Below are positions 35,412 through 45,199 of a stretch of DNA of 51,076 bases, one piece after another. Source of the stretch: Chthoniobacterales bacterium (lineage in GTDB: Bacteria; Verrucomicrobiota; Verrucomicrobiia; Chthoniobacterales; Chthoniobacteraceae). The notes below the pieces were generated by a model that searched no databases, was not told the origin of the DNA, and saw only the letters and a program-made list of their open reading frames with translations. Each line of letters begins with the position of its first letter. Positions within the stretch are counted from its first letter, which is position 1. Location of the stretch: contig JBBQZX010000034.1 in the NCBI GenBank assembly GCA_038207335.1, positions 1 to 51,076 on the forward strand. The letters are read 5' to 3'. The position numbers and the translations under genes were made by a program.

Positions 35412-36681
35412 CACAGAGCGCTGGATCGCCGCGGATCGTGCGCACTCTTGGCACCCGTTTACGCAAATGCGCGACTGGTGCGCGAGCGATCCGCTGGTGC
35501 TGGAAAGCGGCGACGGCGCGCTGCTCCGCGACACCAAGGGACGAGAATACATCGACGGGAACTCGTCGATTTGGACGAATATTCACGGCCACCGGCATCC
35601 AAAAATCGACGCCGCGATCCGCGCGCAACTCGACAGCGTCGCGCACACTTCCTTCCTCGGATTCACGAACCCGCCCGCATCCCAGCTCGCGCAGAAACTC
35701 GTCGCGCTCTGGCCCGGGGGCACGCTGACGCGCGTCTTTTTCTCCGACGACGGCTCCACCGCGGTCGAGGTCGCGCTGAAAATGGCGGCGCAATTTTGGC
35801 AACTCACCGGCAAGCCGCAGCGGCGGCGTTTCGTCGCGTTCACCGGCGCGTATCACGGGGACACGATGGGCGCATCGAGCCTCGGCGGCATCGGCGTTTT
35901 CCACGACCGATTCTCCGCGTGGCAGTTTCCGGCAATCCACGTTTCGGCACTGTCGGAACTTGATTCACTCGACCCCGCAAAGATCGCCGCGGTCGTGATT
36001 GAGCCGCTCGTGCAAGGCGCGGCAGGCATCCGGCTCTGGCCGCACGGGATGCTCGCGGAACTGCGCGCGTGGTGCGATCGGACGGGCGTGCTGCTGCTCG
36101 CGGATGAAGTGCTGACGGGCTTCGGACGGACAGGGACAATGTTCGCGTGCGAGCAGGAAGGCGTGATTCCCGACTTCATCGCGCTGGCGAAAGGGCTCAC
36201 CGGCGGATATCTCCCGCTCGCCGCGACGCTGACGACAGAGCGCATTTTCGAAGCCTTTCTTGGCGGGTCGGAGCGCACGCTTTTCTACGGCCACAGCTAC
36301 ACCGGCAATCAGCTCGGGTGCGCCGCTGCGCTGGCAAGTCTCGCGATTTTCCGGGAGGAACGCGTAATGGAGGGGCTGCGCGGAAAGATCGATTTACTGG
36401 CGGAATTGCTGCGACCTGTGCGCGAACTGCGGCACGTTGGCGACGTGCGGCAGTGCGGGTTTGTGGTTGGGATCGAATTGATGCGCGAAGGCAACTCGGC
36501 ATTCCCACCCGAGAATTTTACCGGTGCAAAAGTGTGCCTCGCCGCGCGGAAACACGGGCTGCTCACGCGACCCATCCGCGACGTGATCGTGATCATCCCG
36601 TCGTACTGCATCACCGAGTCGCAGCTCCGCGCGACGATCGCCGCGATTGCGAGCGCTGTTGAGGAAGTTTGCGGGCGGTGA
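35404..36681 (+). CDS. bioA: Adenosylmethionine-8-amino-7-oxononanoate aminotransferase
   Basis: WHPFTQM, FFSDDGSTAVEVALKMA, YHGDT, ADEVLTGFGRTG, AKGLTGGYLPLA, GHSYTGN. Confidence 0.95.
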   Translation: MTDTERWIAADRAHSWHPFTQMRDWCASDPLVLESGDGALLRDTKGREYIDGNSSIWTNIHGHRHPKIDAAIRAQLDSVAHTSFLGFTNPPASQLAQKLVALWPGGTLTRVFFSDDGSTAVEVALKMAAQFWQLTGKPQRRRFVAFTGAYHGDTMGASSLGGIGVFHDRFSAWQFPAIHVSALSELDSLDPAKIAAVVIEPLVQGAAGIRLWPHGMLAELRAWCDRTGVLLLADEVLTGFGRTGTMFACEQEGVIPDFIALAKGLTGGYLPLAATLTTERIFEAFLGGSERTLFYGHSYTGNQLGCAAALASLAIFREERVMEGLRGKIDLLAELLRPVRELRHVGDVRQCGFVVGIELMREGNSAFPPENFTGAKVCLAARKHGLLTRPIRDVIVIIPSYCITESQLRATIAAIASAVEEVCGR

Positions 36682-36712
36682 GATCGCCTCCGGGAGTGCT
36701 CTCCGCAATCGG

Positions 36713-37477
36713 CTATTGCTCTGTTTTCGTGGCACAGATGAATTCCGCCGTCGCGGCGCGGATTTCCTCCGCGACGCGCGCCTGCCTCGTCACGAATCGC
36801 GGCTTGAACCACGGGAACGCGCCGAAGAGATCGTGCGAGACAAGCACTTGCCCGTCGCATTCCGCGCCCGAGCCAATACCAATCGTTGGGATTGAGATTG
36901 AATCGGTGATTCGCGCGGCGACTTCCGGAACGACAAGCTCGAGTAGTAGTCCGAATGCTCCCGCTTTTTCCACGGCGAGTGCGTCGGCGAGGAGACGCTC
37001 GGCTTCGATCTCGGTCTTCCCTTTCACTTTGTATCCGCCCTCGAGAAGCACGCTTTGCGGCATCATTCCGATGTGCGCCATGACTGGAATCCCGGCACCG
37101 GCGAGCGCGGACACCTGCGCGGCGTGCGAAGCGCCACCCTCGAGTTTGACGGCATGCGCGCCGGCGGCGATGAGCTTCCGCGCGTTTGCCAGAGCCATTT
37201 CCGGCGTGTCGCAGCTCGCGATCGGCAGGTCGGCGAGGATGGGTGCCCGGATGGCTCCGCGCGCGACGGCGCGAGTGTGATGCAGCATTTCCTCCATCGT
37301 GACGTGCGTTGTGTCCGGGTATCCGAGCACGACCATGCCGACCGAATCACCGACTAGGATCAGGTCGATTCCGCCCTCATCGAGCAGCCGCGCAGTCGGG
37401 TAGTCGTAAGCCGTCAGCACCGCGATTTTTTCGCGGCGCGCTTTCATCATCTGGAGGTCTGCGATGCAGGCGGTCAT
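36713..37477 (-). CDS. panB: 3-methyl-2-oxobutanoate hydroxymethyltransferase
   Basis: LTAYD, ILVGDSVGMV, AVKLEGG, IGIGSG..CDGQVLV. Confidence 0.96.
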   Translation of the reverse strand: MTACIADLQMMKARREKIAVLTAYDYPTARLLDEGGIDLILVGDSVGMVVLGYPDTTHVTMEEMLHHTRAVARGAIRAPILADLPIASCDTPEMALANARKLIAAGAHAVKLEGGASHAAQVSALAGAGIPVMAHIGMMPQSVLLEGGYKVKGKTEIEAERLLADALAVEKAGAFGLLLELVVPEVAARITDSISIPTIGIGSGAECDGQVLVSHDLFGAFPWFKPRFVTRQARVAEEIRAATAEFICATKTEQ

Positions 37478-37980
37478 GCGTCGAGCGATTCGGGAAAGAG
37501 GGTCACTGCCGCGGGATCGCGCAGCTCCGTGAGAAGCTCGGCAATGCTGTGTTCGTGGCCGGGGAGGATGAGTTCAGGGCGGATGTCGGCGAGGGGCTGG
37601 AGCACAAATCGGCGGAGGTGCAGGCGCGGATGCGGGATGACGATCTCGTCGTTTCGGAGCGCGAGGTTTCCGACGTAAAGGATGTCGAGATCGATGATTC
37701 GCGGCGCATTGCGTGGGCGCTTCGACGGCCGTCCGAAACTTGCCTCGATCGTCTGCAAGCCGTCCATCAGCACGGTGGGTTCGCCGATGAAATCGACCTC
37801 GATGACAGCATTCAGAAACGCGCCTGCCTCGGCACCGGAGCCGACTGGTTCGGTCTCGTAGATTCGAGAAAATCGCGTCTCCCTGCCGACACCCGGCAGC
37901 GCGGAAATCGCCTGCCGCGCGGCGCGTAATTGCGTGAGTCGGTCGCCGAGATTGGAACCGAGCGCGATGCCAGAGAGCAT
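37474..37980 (-). CDS. folK: 2-amino-4-hydroxy-6-hydroxymethyldihydropteridine diphosphokinase
   Basis: IALGSNLGD, YETEP, FLNAV, PRIIDLDIL, PHPR...RRFVLQPL. Confidence 0.95.
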   Translation of the reverse strand: MLSGIALGSNLGDRLTQLRAARQAISALPGVGRETRFSRIYETEPVGSGAEAGAFLNAVIEVDFIGEPTVLMDGLQTIEASFGRPSKRPRNAPRIIDLDILYVGNLALRNDEIVIPHPRLHLRRFVLQPLADIRPELILPGHEHSIAELLTELRDPAAVTLFPESLDA

Positions 37981-37996
37981 GAGGCGAATTGCGCCG

Positions 37997-38755
37997 TCAG
38001 CCTGCCGTGTCGCGCGTCGTCAATCCCAAGACATCCTGCATGTCGTAGAGACCCGGCGCTCTTCCGTGCGCCCATGCGGCGGCCCGGAGAGCCCCGTGGG
38101 CAAAAGTTTCGCGACTGGAGGCTTTGTGCGTAAGTTCGACGCGCTCGCCCTGCGCGGCGAAGATGACGGTGTGGTCGCCGACCACATCGCCGCCTCGGAT
38201 CGCGTGCATTCCGATTTCGCTGTCGGTGCGCTCGCCGACGATGCCGTGCCGACCATGGCGAACATTTTCGTTGTAAGTCAGTTCGCGCACGTCGGCCAAA
38301 ATCTCGGCAAGCTTTTTCGCGGTTCCGCTCGGCGCGTCTTTCTTCAGGCGGTGGTGCATTTCGACGACTTCGAGGTCGAACGATGGCCCGAGGATTTCCG
38401 CGGCTTTGCGCGTGAGCCAGAAGAGCGTGTTGACCCCGACGCTGTAGTTCGGCGCGTAAACGATTGGGATGTTCGCCGCCGCGCGGCGGATTGCCTCCAC
38501 CTGAAAATCGGTGTGGCCGGTGGTGCCGATGACGAGCGTTTTCCCCTGCGCGATGCAGCGCTCCATCACGGTCTCGACCGTGGAGTGGTGGCTGAAATCG
38601 ACGATGGCATCGCACGCTGGGACGGCGCTGGCGAAGTCGTCTCCGACGTCGATTTTCGCGACGACCGAGAGCTGCGGATCGGCATCGGCGAGCGCAATGA
38701 GCGTCTGGCCCATGCGCCCACGCGCGCCGTTGATGAGGAGGCGGAGTGGCGTCAT
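37997..38755 (-). CDS. dapB: 4-hydroxy-tetrahydrodipicolinate reductase
   Basis: GARGRMG, VIGTTG, EMHHRLKKDAPSGTA, RGGDVVGDHTV. Confidence 0.96.
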   Translation of the reverse strand: MTPLRLLINGARGRMGQTLIALADADPQLSVVAKIDVGDDFASAVPACDAIVDFSHHSTVETVMERCIAQGKTLVIGTTGHTDFQVEAIRRAAANIPIVYAPNYSVGVNTLFWLTRKAAEILGPSFDLEVVEMHHRLKKDAPSGTAKKLAEILADVRELTYNENVRHGRHGIVGERTDSEIGMHAIRGGDVVGDHTVIFAAQGERVELTHKASSRETFAHGALRAAAWAHGRAPGLYDMQDVLGLTTRDTAG

Positions 38756-38756
38756 T

Positions 38757-39635
38757 TTACGCGAGGAGATGGAGCTGGCGCAGCGTGCCTTCGAGCTTCG
38801 CAGCACTGGCTGGAGACATTTCGCAGAGCGGGAGACGGACATCCGGCTTCATCTGCCCGGCCAGCGAGAGAGCGTATTTCACGGGCGTGGGATTGCTCTC
38901 GATGAAGAGGTCTTTGAAGAGCGGATAGAGTTGTAAATGGATGCGACGGGCTTTTTCAAAATCACCCGCGAGGGCAGCGCGGACGAGGTCACCGACTTGG
39001 GCAGGAACGAGATTCGACGCGACGCTGATGACGCCGACGGCACCCGCCGCGATGAACGGCAGAGTGAGCGAATCGTCGCCGGAGAGAATTTCAAACGATT
39101 CCGGCAGTGCGGCGCGCAACGCGCTCACGCGCTCAACCGAGCCGCCCGCTTCCTTGATCGCGACGATGCTTTTTGTCTCCGCCGCGAGGCGCACGCAGGT
39201 TTCCACCGTGATTTCGATCCCGCAGCGCCCGGGGATGCTGTAAAGAATGACCGGAAGATCGGTCGCCTCGGCGATTTTCTTGTAGTGCCGCAAAACGCCT
39301 TCCGCGGTCGGTTTGTTATAATATGGCACGACGATGAGCGCAGCGTCGGCTCCGAGTTTCGCAGATTCGACAGTGAGACCGACCGCCTCGTCGGTGGAAT
39401 TCGACCCGGTGCCGGCGATGACCTGGCATCGCCCTCGCGCGATTTTCACCGCGAGATCAATGACGTGAAGGTGCTCGGCGTGATCGAGTGTCGGCGATTC
39501 GCCTGTGGTGCCCACTGGGACGATGCCAGTGATGCCGGCTGCAATTTGCGCCTCGATCAGACGCTCGAATGCGGGTTCGTCGATGCGACCGCCATCGAAT
39601 GGCGTGACGAGCGCGGTGAAGGTGCCTTGGAACAT
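38757..39635 (-). CDS. dapA: 4-hydroxy-tetrahydrodipicolinate synthase
   Basis: TALVTPF, GTTGES, PYYNKP, IKEA, LSGDD, FIESNPTPVK. Confidence 0.96.
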   Translation of the reverse strand: MFQGTFTALVTPFDGGRIDEPAFERLIEAQIAAGITGIVPVGTTGESPTLDHAEHLHVIDLAVKIARGRCQVIAGTGSNSTDEAVGLTVESAKLGADAALIVVPYYNKPTAEGVLRHYKKIAEATDLPVILYSIPGRCGIEITVETCVRLAAETKSIVAIKEAGGSVERVSALRAALPESFEILSGDDSLTLPFIAAGAVGVISVASNLVPAQVGDLVRAALAGDFEKARRIHLQLYPLFKDLFIESNPTPVKYALSLAGQMKPDVRLPLCEMSPASAAKLEGTLRQLHLLA

Positions 39636-39721
39636 GAGGGCGGGGTTTTTAGGTGAGGCGATATGGGTTGGATAGGAAAGTTTTCCGCGGATGCGACGGG
39701 TGGCGCCCAAATCTAGAGCCG

Positions 39722-39737
39722 TGGCACGAATATTGTT
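39722..39737 (+). promoter_or_regulatory. Putative sigma54 (-24/-12) promoter of the pilT/pilU gene
   Basis: TGGCACG-AATA-TTGTT versus consensus TGGCACG-N4-TTGCW; the one mismatch is at the conserved -12 C. Confidence 0.5.
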
Positions 39738-39757
39738 TTAGGATGGCTCCATCCCTC

Positions 39758-40951
39758 ATGGCGAATACCTTCAATCTCGATCTAATCCTCACGACCATGC
39801 TGCAAAGCGCGGATGCGATTTCCGACTGTTTGTTCGTGGTCGGGCGCCCGCCGCAGGTCGAAGTTTTTGGGAAGTTGAGAAGTGTTCAGATCCCCACATT
39901 TGGTCCGACGCTGCAACCGGAAGAAACGGAGGCAATCGCACTAAAGCTCCTCGGTGAGAACGAACGGCTGACGGCAGAACTCCGCGTGAGCGGCTCGTGC
40001 GATACCAGCTATGCGCTGCCCAATGTCGCGCGCTTTCGCGTGAATGTGTTCAAGCAAAACGGGCATCACGCAGTCGTGATGCGAAAGTTGCCCACACAGA
40101 TTCCGTCAATTGACGGGTTGAAGCTGGCACCCGTTTTCAAGCAGATCGTGAAGGAGAAAAACGGGCTCGTCTTTGTCACCGGTGCGACTGGAAACGGCAA
40201 GACGACCACGCTCGCGGCCATGCTGAACGAGCTGAACTCGAGCGAAGACCTGCACGTCGTAACTCTCGAAGATCCGATCGAATTTCTCCATCCGCACCGC
40301 CGATGCACGTTCAGCCAGCGCGAATTCGGGAAAGATTTCTCAGACTTCTCAACCGGTCTCCGGGCCGCACTGCGACAGGCGCCAAAGGTCATTTTCGTGG
40401 GGGAAATCCGCGATCGTGAGACGATGGAAATCGCGCTGACCGCGGCGGAAACCGGGCACGTCGTCTATTCCACGCTGCACACGATCAGCGCGTCGCTCTC
40501 GATCAACCGTATCCTCGGATTTTTCGGACGCGACGAGGAATCGCAGGTGCGCCAGCGGCTGACCGATGTGCTGCGCTACATCGTGAGCCAGCGGCTCGTG
40601 CCGAAGATCAACGGCGGGCGGCATCTCGTGACGGAAGTGCTCGGCAGCAACCTGCGTTCGCGCGAAGCGATCCTGCTTGGCGAGTCCGATATCCGCGACA
40701 TCCACGAGATTATGGAGGTGAACTCGCCAGCTGGGTGGCACAGCTTCGAGCAGTCGCTGCTCACCGCTTTCAAGGAACAGAAAGTGAGCGAGGAAACGGC
40801 GATGAATTACAGCGTAAACAAGAATGCGATGCGCAGCGATCTCGACCAGGCGAAGAAGGAAATGTTCCCCGTCGAGGACATCGAAACGGGGCTGAAGCTG
40901 GACAAGCGCGCGCTGCATTCCGCGCAGGGCGTGACGCCTCGGCTGATGTAG
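39758..40951 (+). CDS. PilT/PilU family type IV pilus retraction ATPase
   Basis: RFRVNVF, VTGATGNGKTTT (Walker A), TLEDPIE, LRAALRQAPKVIFVGEIRD.ET, AAETGH...STLHT. Start is 39758 or 39743. Confidence 0.93.
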   Translation: MANTFNLDLILTTMLQSADAISDCLFVVGRPPQVEVFGKLRSVQIPTFGPTLQPEETEAIALKLLGENERLTAELRVSGSCDTSYALPNVARFRVNVFKQNGHHAVVMRKLPTQIPSIDGLKLAPVFKQIVKEKNGLVFVTGATGNGKTTTLAAMLNELNSSEDLHVVTLEDPIEFLHPHRRCTFSQREFGKDFSDFSTGLRAALRQAPKVIFVGEIRDRETMEIALTAAETGHVVYSTLHTISASLSINRILGFFGRDEESQVRQRLTDVLRYIVSQRLVPKINGGRHLVTEVLGSNLRSREAILLGESDIRDIHEIMEVNSPAGWHSFEQSLLTAFKEQKVSEETAMNYSVNKNAMRSDLDQAKKEMFPVEDIETGLKLDKRALHSAQGVTPRLM

Positions 40952-40963
40952 CTCGGAGGAGCT

Positions 40964-41605
40964 TTACGCTTTCGGGACTGCGCTCGCGGCGCCGCGCGAT
41001 GTCACTTTCATCGCAACGAAATAGAGCACGCAGAAGAGCGCGACAAAGCCGATGAACCAGTGCGATTGCGCCTTCACGGCGGCGACCATCTTCGACGGGT
41101 CGGACATCATGTCCTGCGTGATCGCGTGAGTGCCGAACCACGCGAGAATCCAGCACCAGATGAATGAGCCGATGATGGTCATCGCGCTGAAGACCGCGAA
41201 ATTCATCCGCACGATGCCAGCGGGAATCGAGATGAGATGCCGCACAACCGGCAGCAGGCGTGCGAAAAAGATGCCGCCCGCCGCGTAGCGGTGGACGAAG
41301 ATTTCGGCCCGCTCGAGCTTTGCCTCACTGATGAAGAAGTAGCGTCCGAATTTCACGATCGCGAGGCGGCCCAGCCAGCGGGAAATCCAATAAGTAATGG
41401 TCGAGCCGAGGTACGAGCCGAGCGTGCCGGCGAGCACGACGCCCCAAAAACTCATGCGTCCCTGCGTCGCCCAATAAGCGGCGGGCGGAATGACGACTTC
41501 GCTCGGCACGGGGAAAATCGAACTCTCCATCGCCATGAGCGCGACAACAGCGACGTAGCCAAATTTTTCGAGAAGGCCAAACCAGAAAGTGACGAGAGAG
41601 TGCAT
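40964..41605 (-). CDS. DedA family membrane protein
   Basis: MAMESSIFPVPSEVVIPPA, FFARLLPVVRHLISIPAG. Confidence 0.93.
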   Translation of the reverse strand: MHSLVTFWFGLLEKFGYVAVVALMAMESSIFPVPSEVVIPPAAYWATQGRMSFWGVVLAGTLGSYLGSTITYWISRWLGRLAIVKFGRYFFISEAKLERAEIFVHRYAAGGIFFARLLPVVRHLISIPAGIVRMNFAVFSAMTIIGSFIWCWILAWFGTHAITQDMMSDPSKMVAAVKAQSHWFIGFVALFCVLYFVAMKVTSRGAASAVPKA

Positions 41606-41696
41606 GTGGCGCGTGTGTCTATCGGCGCGGGGGGACCGCCGCAAATGCTTCCTCGCGCTTGCGGCGCTCATGCAGCGCCCGTAGTTTCCGCGCCCT

Positions 41697-42893
41697 ATGA
41701 TCGACTTGGAATCGCTGCCCGATCGACACGGGCATTTCGGCCCGTACGGCGGGATGTTTGTGCCGGAGACGCTGATGACCGCGCTGAACGAACTCACCGC
41801 GGAATACGCGAAGGCGCGACGTGACGCGGAGTTCCAAAATGCGCTCGCTGCGAGCCTTCGCGATTTCGCGGGGCGACCGACGCCGCTGTATTTTGCGGAG
41901 CGGCTCACGCGCGAACTCGGGGGCGCAAAAATTTACCTCAAGCGCGAGGACATGCTGCACACAGGGGCGCACAAAATTAACAATGCGCTCGGGCAAATCC
42001 TGCTTGCGCAGCGGATGGGAAAAACACGGATTATCGCTGAGACGGGCGCGGGCCAGCACGGCGTGGCGACAGCGACGGTCGCCGCGCGCGCGGGGCTGGA
42101 ATGCGTGATTTACATGGGCGCGGTGGACATGGAGCGGCAGGCGCTGAATGTCGCGCGGATGCAGTTTCTAGGGGCTAAAGTGGTCGCTGTGACTGCCGGG
42201 CAGGCGACGCTGAAGGAAGCGATCAATGAGGCGATGCGGGACTGGGTCACGAATGTTCGCACGACTCATTACATCCTGGGCTCCGCGCTCGGTTCACATC
42301 CGTATCCGATGATGGTGCGCGATTTTCACCGCGTCATTGGCGACGAGACGCGCGTGCAGATTCAGGAGAAAGAGGGGCGTCTGCCGGATTTGCTGATCGC
42401 GTGTGTGGGCGGAGGAAGCAATTCAATCGGACTCTTCTGGCCATTTCTAAACGACGAGGAAGTCAAGATGGTCGGCATCGAAGCGGGCGGGCGCGGCATT
42501 CGCGATGGCGATCACGCGGCGCGATTTCAAGGCGGAAAGCTCGGCGTTTTGCAGGGGACGAAAACGTTCCTACTCGCGGATGCCGATGGGCAAATCCAGC
42601 TCACGCACTCCGTTTCGGCCGGGCTCGATTACGCGGCGATCGGGCCGGAGCACGCTTACCTGCGCGATGCCGGGCGCATCGAATACGACTACGCGACCGA
42701 CGACGAAGCGCTCGCGGCGTTTCAGAAATTGTCGCGCGTCGAGGGAATCATCCCCGCGCTCGAGTCGTCGCACGCTGTCGCCCATGTGCTGAAAGTCGCG
42801 CTGCAAATGTCCGCTGATGAACTCGTCGTCGTGAACCTCTCTGGCCGCGGCGACAAGGATGTCGCGCAGGCTGCGGAGATGCTGCTCAAGTAG
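41697..42893 (+). CDS. trpB: Tryptophan synthase beta chain
   Basis: [53 protein letters not shown]. Confidence 0.97.
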   Translation: MIDLESLPDRHGHFGPYGGMFVPETLMTALNELTAEYAKARRDAEFQNALAASLRDFAGRPTPLYFAERLTRELGGAKIYLKREDMLHTGAHKINNALGQILLAQRMGKTRIIAETGAGQHGVATATVAARAGLECVIYMGAVDMERQALNVARMQFLGAKVVAVTAGQATLKEAINEAMRDWVTNVRTTHYILGSALGSHPYPMMVRDFHRVIGDETRVQIQEKEGRLPDLLIACVGGGSNSIGLFWPFLNDEEVKMVGIEAGGRGIRDGDHAARFQGGKLGVLQGTKTFLLADADGQIQLTHSVSAGLDYAAIGPEHAYLRDAGRIEYDYATDDEALAAFQKLSRVEGIIPALESSHAVAHVLKVALQMSADELVVVNLSGRGDKDVAQAAEMLLK

Positions 42894-42895
42894 TT

Positions 42896-44164
42896 TTACT
42901 CGAGCCGGATCGTCGCTGAGCGACCGTGAGCGTCGAGGCCTTCGATCGCGCTGAATCGCGTGATCGTTTCGACGGACTTCGCGAGCGATTTGCGGTCGAG
43001 GCGGACGATGCTCGTGCGGCGTTGAAACATGTCGGCCATGAGCCCGGGAAATGACTTTCCCGCGCCGCCGGTCGGTAGCGTGTGGCTGGGCCCGGCGACG
43101 AAATCGCCTGCGGCGACCGGCGAGTATCCGCCGAGAAAAATCGCGCCGCTGGTGAGAGTTTTCGCCGCCAGCTTCGCTTCGTCCTTCGCGACGATCGAGA
43201 TGTGCTCAGGGGCAAAATCGTTCGCAATCACGACCGCGTCGTTCAGCGATTTTACGAGAATGAGGACGCAATCTTTTTCCAACACGCCGGCGAGATGTTC
43301 CTGCCGCGCGAGCGTGGCGAGTTGCATTTTCAGTTCGAGGTCAACCGCTGCGAGCAGCTTCGCGGAATTCGTGACGAAAAGGATGGAACTGCCCTTGCCA
43401 TGCTCAGCCTGTGCGAGCAGGTCCGCGGCGATCCACGCGGGATTCGCGGTCGCATCCGCGAGCACGAGGATTTCGCTCGGCCCGGGCAGGAGATCGATTG
43501 AGACCTGCCCGAAGACCTGCCGCTTTGCCTCGACGACATACGCGTTACCCGGCCCGAAGATTTTCTGCACGGGCGCGATCGTCTCCGTGCCGAATGCCAG
43601 TGCTGCAACGGCCTGCGCACCGCCCACTTGGAAAATCTCAGTCGCACCGGCGAATTGCAGAGCGAACAGGAGCGCGTCATTCACCGAGCCGTCGAGGCTT
43701 GCGGGCGTCGTGACCACGATTTCCGGCACCCCTGCGGCGGCAGCAAGCGTGACCGTCATGATCGCGGTGGAGACGAGCGGCGCGGTGCCGCCGGGGACGT
43801 AAATTCCGACGCGCTGAAATGGATCAAACCGCTCGCCGACACGCGCTCCCTGAGCGTTTTTAGCGCTCCAGCTTTTGCGCAAACTGCGGCGCGCAAAGTC
43901 CTGCACATTCTCGTGCGACTCCGCGATTGCGCGCTTCGTCGCAGCATCGACTTTCGCCTTTCCCCGCACTCGCAAATCTCCAATCGCGAGTTTCGGGCCG
44001 CCGAATTTCGCGGTGAGTTCCAGAAGCGCCACATCACCTCGCGCGCGCACCGCGGCGATGATTTCGCGGACCGTGGACTCGACCTCCGGCGCGGGCATGG
44101 CTTTGCGCTGGAGCGCGGCGACGGCGATTTGAAAATCGGGATCGGTATGACGGAGGACACGCAT
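42896..44164 (-). CDS. hisD: Histidinol dehydrogenase
   Basis: GIYVPGG, GGAQAVAALAFGT, GPGNAYV, GPSE, DLLAQAEH, APEH, AGPSHTLPT. Confidence 0.97.
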   Translation of the reverse strand: MRVLRHTDPDFQIAVAALQRKAMPAPEVESTVREIIAAVRARGDVALLELTAKFGGPKLAIGDLRVRGKAKVDAATKRAIAESHENVQDFARRSLRKSWSAKNAQGARVGERFDPFQRVGIYVPGGTAPLVSTAIMTVTLAAAAGVPEIVVTTPASLDGSVNDALLFALQFAGATEIFQVGGAQAVAALAFGTETIAPVQKIFGPGNAYVVEAKRQVFGQVSIDLLPGPSEILVLADATANPAWIAADLLAQAEHGKGSSILFVTNSAKLLAAVDLELKMQLATLARQEHLAGVLEKDCVLILVKSLNDAVVIANDFAPEHISIVAKDEAKLAAKTLTSGAIFLGGYSPVAAGDFVAGPSHTLPTGGAGKSFPGLMADMFQRRTSIVRLDRKSLAKSVETITRFSAIEGLDAHGRSATIRLE

Positions 44165-44217
44165 GCGGCGGCGTTTTTAGATTCGGCTCGCGCGCATGAA
44201 AAGCGCGCTCTTTCCGC

Positions 44218-45189
44218 TCACTCCGCGCGACCGAAAGCGATCGACTCCAACGAAGGTCCCGACGGCACGTTCAACTTTCTCCAATGCACGAGATCGCTCG
44301 AGACGTGGATGTTTCCGCCCCACGAAAAGCCGATCTCCAGCGCACCCTCGCCCGCCCACGCGACACTGCACGGAATCCGTGCGACATCGCTGCTCCACGC
44401 GAGCCCGTCGGGCGAACTCCAGCCCGATTTTCCGCCGCTCACGATGAATCGCTCGCCGGTCCAAATGACGCGTGAGAAATCCTCGCCCGGTGCAGTCGCA
44501 TGACGCTCCCACGCCAGCCCGTCGTGCGAACTTTCGATGAGCCCGTCCGGCCCGACGACAACGAAGTGCCCCGCGCCGTAAGCCACGTCGCGCGCGGCCG
44601 GCGTGTCGATTTGCTCGGAGGTGAAATGCGTGCCGTCCTCGGTCGATGCGCGCCAACTCACGCGCTTCTTTTCCGCATAAAGATCGACGTCGCCAATGAT
44701 AACGAAACGCGCGCCGCCCTCACCGCTGCCAAATGCCGAGCGTCGCGCGTGCACGGAGCCGCGCACGGCCATTTTCCCTCCAGCTGAAAACGTCTCGCCG
44801 TCGGTAGAGAGAAGCAGCTCGGCGTCGTGTCCGGCGACAAAGCGGCCATTGCCAAAAGCGATAGTAGCGACGCGTCCCCTCACCTGCGGCAACTCCGTCC
44901 AACTCTCGCCGTCACGCGTGCTCAGGATGTGCCCCGTCTTCGCTCCACCGCCGACCGCGATGAATCGACCGAGGCCAAATGCGATATTGAAAAGCACGTT
45001 GTCGTCGTCCTTCGCCTCGTCGCTCCAGCGCTGGTCCGCGATCCAATTTTCGCCGTCGTGCGATGCCATGCGCCGCCCGCCGTAGCCCACTGCCACGAAG
45101 ATGCCGGGCGATGGCTCCGCCGCGGGACACGACGCGACGGCGAACGAGAGAGCGGCGAGTATCGAGGCGGAAAGACGCGGAGGTTTCAT
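44218..45189 (-). CDS. Putative lipoprotein with Asp-box/BNR-like beta-propeller repeats
   Basis: Lipobox VASC; repeats IAFGLGRFIAVG / IAFGNGRFVAG / VAYGAGHFVVVG / VIWTGERFIVSG, each with S.DG..W. Confidence 0.75.
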   Translation of the reverse strand: MKPPRLSASILAALSFAVASCPAAEPSPGIFVAVGYGGRRMASHDGENWIADQRWSDEAKDDDNVLFNIAFGLGRFIAVGGGAKTGHILSTRDGESWTELPQVRGRVATIAFGNGRFVAGHDAELLLSTDGETFSAGGKMAVRGSVHARRSAFGSGEGGARFVIIGDVDLYAEKKRVSWRASTEDGTHFTSEQIDTPAARDVAYGAGHFVVVGPDGLIESSHDGLAWERHATAPGEDFSRVIWTGERFIVSGGKSGWSSPDGLAWSSDVARIPCSVAWAGEGALEIGFSWGGNIHVSSDLVHWRKLNVPSGPSLESIAFGRAE

Positions 45190-45199
45190 CGAAATCGCA

